A stretch of DNA of 64,000 nucleotides from the human T2T-CHM13v2.0 reference genome, Homo sapiens. This document shows, piece after piece, positions 51,530 through 64,000 of this stretch; the first letter of the stretch is position 1, and the number at the start of each line of letters is the position of its first letter. A program made the translations under genes and the position numbers. The stretch is from NCBI RefSeq assembly GCF_009914755.1, contig NC_060940.1, one strand, 5' to 3'. The notes under the pieces are model-generated. The model saw only the letters and a program-made list of their open reading frames with translations. It searched no databases and had not been told where the DNA came from.

Positions 51530-52286
51530 TGATCTGCCCGCCTCAGCCTCCCAAAGTGCTGGTATTACAAGTGTGAGCCACCACGCTCAGCTTTGTGGTC
51601 CTTTTTTTTCTTTTTTTTTTTTTTTGAGACTGAGTCTCTCTCTGTCGCCCAGGCTGGAGTGCAGTGGTGCGACTCCACTCACTGCAAGCTCCGCCTCCCA
51701 GGTTCATGCCATTCTCCTGCCTCAGCCTTCCGAGTGGCTGGGACTACAGGTGCCCACCACCACGCCCGGCTAATTTTTTTATTTTTAGTAGAGGTGGGGT
51801 TTCACTGTGTTAACCAGGATGGTCTTGATCTCCTGACTTCGTGATACGCCCGCCTCGGCCTCCCAAAGTGCTGGGCTTACAGGCGTGAGCCACTGTGCCC
51901 AGCCCCTGCCTTTTTTTTTTTTTAACCATCTGGGACATGGAGATATTGTAGGACTTTCTGTAGCTACCTTCTTCATTCCTTCTGTTTTTGAGGCAAGCCA
52001 CTGCAAAGACATTTATGGGGGCAGGAGATATGCAGCAGCACACCTAGTTCAGTTTCTGGGGAAATTTTTCCCTTTTCCAAATAGTTGTGGGTTATGGGAA
52101 TTTTGTTAGTTTGTCTTTCAGGGTAGGCTCTATTCTGGGTGGGAGCGGGAAAACCCAGGCTTCCAGTGTTCTAGGTAAATGGTACCATCTTCCCAAGCTA
52201 GAAAACTTGCTCCCCACACCTGCTGCCCCATTCATTCAAGCAGTAAACCTCATTGAGTCTACTCATCAGTATCTTTATACATATGT

Positions 52287-52315
52287 TATAGATATAGATA
52301 GATAGATAGATAGAT
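52287..52315. repeat. (GATA)n short tandem repeat
   Basis: tatagatatagatagatagatagatagat. Confidence 0.85.
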
Positions 52316-52772
52316 CAACAGCTCTATTGAGGCATACTTGATATATTAAAAATCATACATATTTAATGCATATGGTTTGATGAGGTTGAACATAGTCCTC
52401 ATAATCTCTTGAATCGAGTCATTCATTTCTCTTTGTCTACGCTGGCATCATCCTAGTTTGGATCAGTGTCTTTTCTCATCTGGGTTCCTTTACAGTAGCT
52501 TCTTAATCATGTCCTTTTATTTGCATTTGTGTCATTCTAGCCTATTCTTCATTGATCTTATTTTATTTTATTTGTTTTTGTTTTTTTGAGACAAGGTCTT
52601 GCTCCGTCACCCAGGCTGCACTGCAGTGGTGTAATCTTGGCTCACTGTAACCTCTGCTTCTTGAGCTCAAGCAGTCCTCCCACATCAGCCTCCCGAGTTG
52701 CTGGAGCTGCAGGCATGCGCCACCAGGCTCAGCTAATTTCTGTTTTTCTTTTTTTTTTTTTTTTTTTTTTGA

Positions 52773-52913
<141 letters not shown>

Positions 52914-52916
52914 TAG

Positions 52917-53219
<303 letters not shown>

Positions 53220-53867
53220 TAAAGCACCTTTGTTCATCACTCCATGCTTCAAAGCCTCTGGTTATCCCTGTTGGCTTCAGCATAAAGACAGTTTCCTTAG
53301 TGTGTCTTATAGAACCTGTCTCCATCCAGGCCTGGCCCTTCAGCTTCTTTTTGCACCTCTCGTGCTTGTAGCACCCCCACCCAGGCTAGCCATTCTCAAG
53401 GTCTTTTTGTTCCCTCAAATACTCTTACCTTTGAGCTATGTCACATGCCATCACCCTCCTCAGAATGTTCTGCCCTGCCTCCTTCGCCTGACTGGTCTTT
53501 CCCAGTGAACCTCATCTGGGCTTCTGTATTTACCACCACACAGCTAGGTTAGATGTCTTGTCTCCTTATTTTTCAGTACATACTGTGTTTAGCCGTGTTA
53601 AAATTCTTGGCACACTGAAGTCTAATTGCTGATTTAATTCTGTGTCACCCCTTTAGAAGCATGTTGAGAGCAGTAGCTATGTTTTAATTCATCATCGTGT
53701 TCATAGATCTCAGGGCAGTGCCTGGCATATGGGAGTACTTAGGAAATATTTATCAAGGAAATGGATTTCAGCAGTAAAAAATGTGCTAAGGTGGTGCTAC
53801 TGTATCTGGTACTAAGGCAGTAGATGACCCTGACTTATTTTTTTAACTTCTTGATTCTTGGATATAG

Positions 53868-53964
53868 CGATGTCTCATCTCCTGTTCTAAAAAGAGGCAG
53901 CTTCTCCTCTTCCAGTTTGCTCATCACTTAGAACTTTGGCGACTGGGATCCACAGTTGCAACAG
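53868..53964 (+). CDS. UTP4: UTP4 exon 9
   Basis: RCLISCSKKRQLL...STVAT; 97 nt. Confidence 0.93.
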
Positions 53965-54676
53965 GTAAGATGGGAGCACGTTTTTTTCAATAAGAAAACT
54001 GGAGAGAGAAGCCAGAAATCAGAATTGCGGTTGGAATTCTGCTTATAGAAAAACTGAAGTAGACTTTTGTGTCCATTTTAACTAATGGTTTTCCCACCCA
54101 TTAGATAAAGCAAATAAGCTGTTTAGAGTATTAGAATCTTTAGCAGGATATTGGATCATCTCTTAAAAGTTTATGGCTCTAGGTGGTGCGCTGCAGGGTG
54201 TAGTCAAGGTAAGGGTTGAAGAATCGTAGTTTGCGCTAGCTTAACTGAGGTGAAAACAGGCTGTTGAAAAACAACAAGATTTAATGATGGGTAATGATAA
54301 TCCTGTAGAAAAAGAAGATCACATGGATCTTATTGGAGTGACAGCCTAGTGGCCTTTTTGACTTATTAAGGAAATGTTTGAGTCCTCTCATTTGCAGTGG
54401 ATTAAAATCGAGGCCACACAAACTCCACCTGTGTCCCTGGCTATGGACTAGAGCTTCAGGGAATTAGTGATGTATCAGAGGATAGAAGCAAAGGAAGTAC
54501 TCACTGCTTTCTCTTCATATACCCCTCAAAAATTGTGAGCTTACTCAGTGAGCTTGTATTTTTCTGATTTCCCACTGATAGAGATTCCATTTTTCCAAGG
54601 AGTAACTTTTTAGAAGAAAAATGTACAAATACTCTTTCTTTCATAAGAAAAATCTCAGGGAAGTTTCTTGTTTCAG

Positions 54677-54741
54677 GCAAGAATGGGGATACTCTTCCAC
54701 TCTCTAAAAATGCAGATCATTTACTGCACCTAAAGACAAAG
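54677..54741 (+). CDS. UTP4: UTP4 exon 10
   Basis: (G)KNGDTLPLSKNADHLLHLKTK; 65 nt. Confidence 0.93.
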
Positions 54742-54989
54742 GTAAGGAAGTTTGTTTAGGCTCTGAATTCTAGAGCCTGAATTCTAGGCTCATAATTCCC
54801 ATTCTGAATTTTGAGGTTACTTAGTTTGCATCATAAATTGTATAAATTCTAAAACTATTTGAATGAAGGACTGTGTCACCAGGACTGGGTTTCCTGTGAT
54901 TATAAGTAGGACGTTGAGGATTTATTAGATGGATGTATACAGGAAATAGGTTTCTCTTCTTTTGATATTATTATGAAAATAATGTGCTT

Positions 54990-55028
<39 letters not shown>

Positions 55029-55035
55029 TTTTTGA

Positions 55036-55413
<378 letters not shown>

Positions 55414-55444
55414 TTATTCTCCAGATTCTTTTTTGTTTGGTTAG

Positions 55445-55672
<228 letters not shown>

Positions 55673-56158
55673 TGAACTCCTGGGCTCAAGCAATCCTCCA
55701 CCTCAGCCTCCCAAAGTGCTGGGATTACAGGCATGACCCACTGTACCTGGCCTTCAAATGTTCTTCATTTGCTATTTCTTAGAAGTCTTTAAAGCAGAAC
55801 GCCGTACACAAAACAGAAAATAAGTACTTCAAACCACCTATCCTCCAGAGCTTTCCTTCAGTAAATGCCTCCCTGCTCAGGTTTCTGAAGTTGGGGTCTA
55901 GTATGAGGCTATCTATGAAGTATTCAAAGGGCCAAAATAAGAATAGACCTCCATTCTTGGATTTGGAAATCAAAGCCATGCCTTTTAGGTGCTCTGCCTC
56001 TGAAATAATCATATTAATGCAGACCACACGAGGATCGAGATTATGTGTAGATATCTGTGGGTATGTCCAGAGTGGCAAGAGCTTGAGGCGTCATGTCCCA
56101 GTGCACCTTGTTATGTGAAGTTTAATTGCACATTCATCTTGATTCCTGATATTGCCAG

Positions 56159-56281
56159 GGTCCTGAGAACATTATCTGTAGCTGTATCTCCCCATGTGGA
56201 AGTTGGATAGCCTATTCTACAGTTTCTCGGTTTTTTCTCTATCGGCTGAATTATGAACATGACAACATAAGCCTCAAAAGG
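56159..56281 (+). CDS. UTP4: UTP4 exon 11
   Basis: GPENIICSCISPCGSWIAYS...SLKR; 123 nt. Confidence 0.93.
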
Positions 56282-56738
56282 GTAAGTGATAGTCCAATAT
56301 CTGGTCACATAAGAGGAAACTTCCTAAATATGTCATTTTTGTGTGAAGTGGAAATCAACTGGATGTGAATCCTTGCTCAGTTAAAAACTATTTGGAGATT
56401 TGGAGAAGGCTGTTATGAAACAGTGTTTTATTTCTTTCTTTCTTTTTTTTTTTTTTTTTTTTGAGACGGAGTTTTGCTCTTGTCACCCAGGCTGTAGTGC
56501 AATGGCACAGTCTTGGCCCACTGCAACCTCCGCCTCTTGGGTTCAAGCGATTCCTGTGCTTCAGTCTCCCGAGTACCTGGGATTACAAGCACCCACCACC
56601 ACACCTGGCTGATTTTTGTATTTTTAGTAGAGATGGAGTTTCACCACCCGTTGGCCATGCTGGTCCTGAACTCCTGACCTCAAGTGATTCACCCGCCTCA
56701 GCCTCCCAAAGTGCTGGGTGCTGGCATTACAGGCGTGA

Positions 56739-57028
<290 letters not shown>

Positions 57029-57374
57029 TGAGACACTGCGCCCGGCCCACACCCAGCCTTTATTTCCATTTTGAAATTTTGAGGTATGTTCTTAGAGGGA
57101 TAGGGTAATGCCCTACAGGCAATAAAATTAAAGCTTTTCTGTTTAGTGGTTTCACGTGCGACTTAGTTATTTCCTTGATAGAGAAGTGAATATTTAGTAA
57201 AGAGATGAAAGGGGGATGTATAGATTACTGGAGAGAAACCAGTGTTCTGTGCCGAGTCAGTTGGCTTACTTAGAGACAGGAAGCATTAATGTACCTTAAG
57301 CCTAGCTGTGATTGTTTCTGATGGGCTGTAGGTCTCCCTTCTCTCACTGGCTTTTATTATTGGTTCACCCAAAG

Positions 57375-57531
57375 GTTTCCAAAATGCCAGCATTCCTTCG
57401 CTCTGCCCTTCAGATTTTGTTTTCTGAAGATTCAACAAAGCTCTTTGTAGCATCAAATCAAGGAGCTCTGCATATTGTTCAGCTGTCAGGAGGAAGCTTC
57501 AAGCACCTGCATGCTTTCCAGCCTCAGTCAG
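57375..57531 (+). CDS. UTP4: UTP4 exon 12
   Basis: VSKMPAFLRSALQILFSEDS...QPQS; 157 nt. Confidence 0.94.
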
Positions 57532-58127
57532 GTGGGAATCTGGTAACTGGCCATGGGGAGACTTGTCGTGTCTAAGATGTAACTTTTTTGCTTTTAAGCC
57601 TCCATGTCGGGGGTTCCCTCATGTTCCTCCTACCCTGCAGATACACTCACTCACATGTTTGCTGTTTCAAGTAGGAGGAGATAGCTGGCAGATGAAGACT
57701 CTCGATGAGATCTGCAATGTTCTTCACACCTACTCTTTTCTCACTGGGTTTTTGATTCCTTATTTGGGGCCAGAGAAATTTCATCATCCTTAGTTTGTTA
57801 GCAGAACGAGAAGAAAGTTAAAGTCATTTGCAATCCTGACACCCAGAAATAGCTACCATTAATATTTTGGTATTTTCTAATATGTATTTGTATATAAGTA
57901 TTTTGTGGGCATGTTGCCTTTTTTGGTTGTTTGTTCATAAAAAGGTACAATCATAGATGGCTGCCACCTCGACCTCTTGGGCTCAAGTTATCTTCCCATC
58001 TCAGCATCCTGAGTAGCTGGGACTATAGACACTCACCACTATGCCCAGCTAATTTTTTCATTTTTTTTGTAGAGACGGGGTCTCATTATGTTGACAAAGT
58101 TGGTCTTGAACTCCTGGGGTCAAGTGA

Positions 58128-58515
<388 letters not shown>

Positions 58516-58770
58516 TTATACATACAGTTTAATTACCTGTGTTCATATAATGTTCCTGAGAATTTTTCTGTTTTCATTGAGAATGTGAGTATTAATGAAT
58601 GAGTGTGGCTATGTAGCTAGCTATGGCTAACTGTTAAGGACTTGGACTCAGTTTCCAGATTAAGCTGGTAGTTGTTTTGATACTTCCTATGGGCCTTTCA
58701 CCTCTCCCTTGTCCTGGATTTTAGCTGCTGCTTCACTGTCATTTACACTCCCATCAGCCTGGAAAGTCAA

Positions 58771-63530
<4,760 letters not shown>

Positions 63531-63695
63531 AATGCAAGTTCATTGGTTGGGGAAATGCCTGAAATTTTTGGAACTTCCCTAGAACCCTTTTGAATTATGA
63601 GGAGCAGTATTTAAACCCCTGACCTAGACCATTCAATCTTTGCTGAGGAAAAGTGTCACTTAGAGTTGCCACTTGTGTCTGTTATTTGTTCCCAG

Positions 63696-63791
63696 CTTCA
63701 CTGCACGGTGCCTGCTTACAATTTCCCAGTGACTGCTATGGCTATTGCCCCCAATACCAACAACCTTGTCATCGCTCATTCGGACCAGCAG
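63696..63791 (+). CDS. UTP4: UTP4 exon 14 (gene continues beyond the window)
   Basis: LHCTVPAYNFPVTAMAIAP...SDQQ; 96 nt; cumulative CDS 1647 nt = 549 codons with no stop. Confidence 0.95.
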
Positions 63792-64000
63792 GTAAGGGAG
63801 ATTCCAGTGCTTTCTATTCCCTTCCTGCTGGATAGTAACCTAGAAGCTGGAATATTGGGCAGTTGCGGGGAGCTTTTTTTTGAAGGTGTTGGAGGATATA
63901 AGGTAGTTTTCTCCTGTGTGAAGTAAAGCTTCCTTGCCGGTCTGGGCTCATCATAGGCCAGCAGTATGCATTGGTTTGATGGGATGCAATTTAAATGGAG

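Overview
Human (primate) genomic DNA, recognisable from the encoded proteins as the HAS3 - CHTF8/DERPC - UTP4 (CIRH1A) locus (16q22.1 from memory). It contains: (1) the complete HAS3 hyaluronan synthase gene on + (CpG-island promoter ~6.0-8.3 kb; coding exons 9706-10341, 13755-13856, 14657-15580 = 553 aa; polyA signal 17944). (2) CHTF8 on - (121 aa, coding exons 21768-21746, 21480-21363, 20959-20735). Its stop codon overlaps, as ATGA, the start of a second 524-aa Pro/Gly-rich ORF (DERPC, 20738-19164) in the same last exon. (3) A compact bidirectional CpG promoter at ~32.8-33.0 kb. (4) UTP4 exons 1-14 on + (549 codons; the gene continues past the window). The rest is very Alu-rich intron/intergenic DNA with L1, MIR, L2, hAT and Tigger remnants. 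Most notable: the operon-like CHTF8/DERPC stop-start overlap with a splice switch that would shrink CHTF8 to a 12-codon uORF; a cryptic 14-residue periodicity in DERPC; a HAS3 alternative terminal exon lying antisense inside the CHTF8/DERPC 3' UTR; tail-to-tail polyA signals ~60 bp apart; and several Alu repair scars plus a young AluYa5. The genes themselves are known; the mechanistic interpretations are my inference. Exon coordinates were hand-counted with phases checked; repeat boundaries are approximate.
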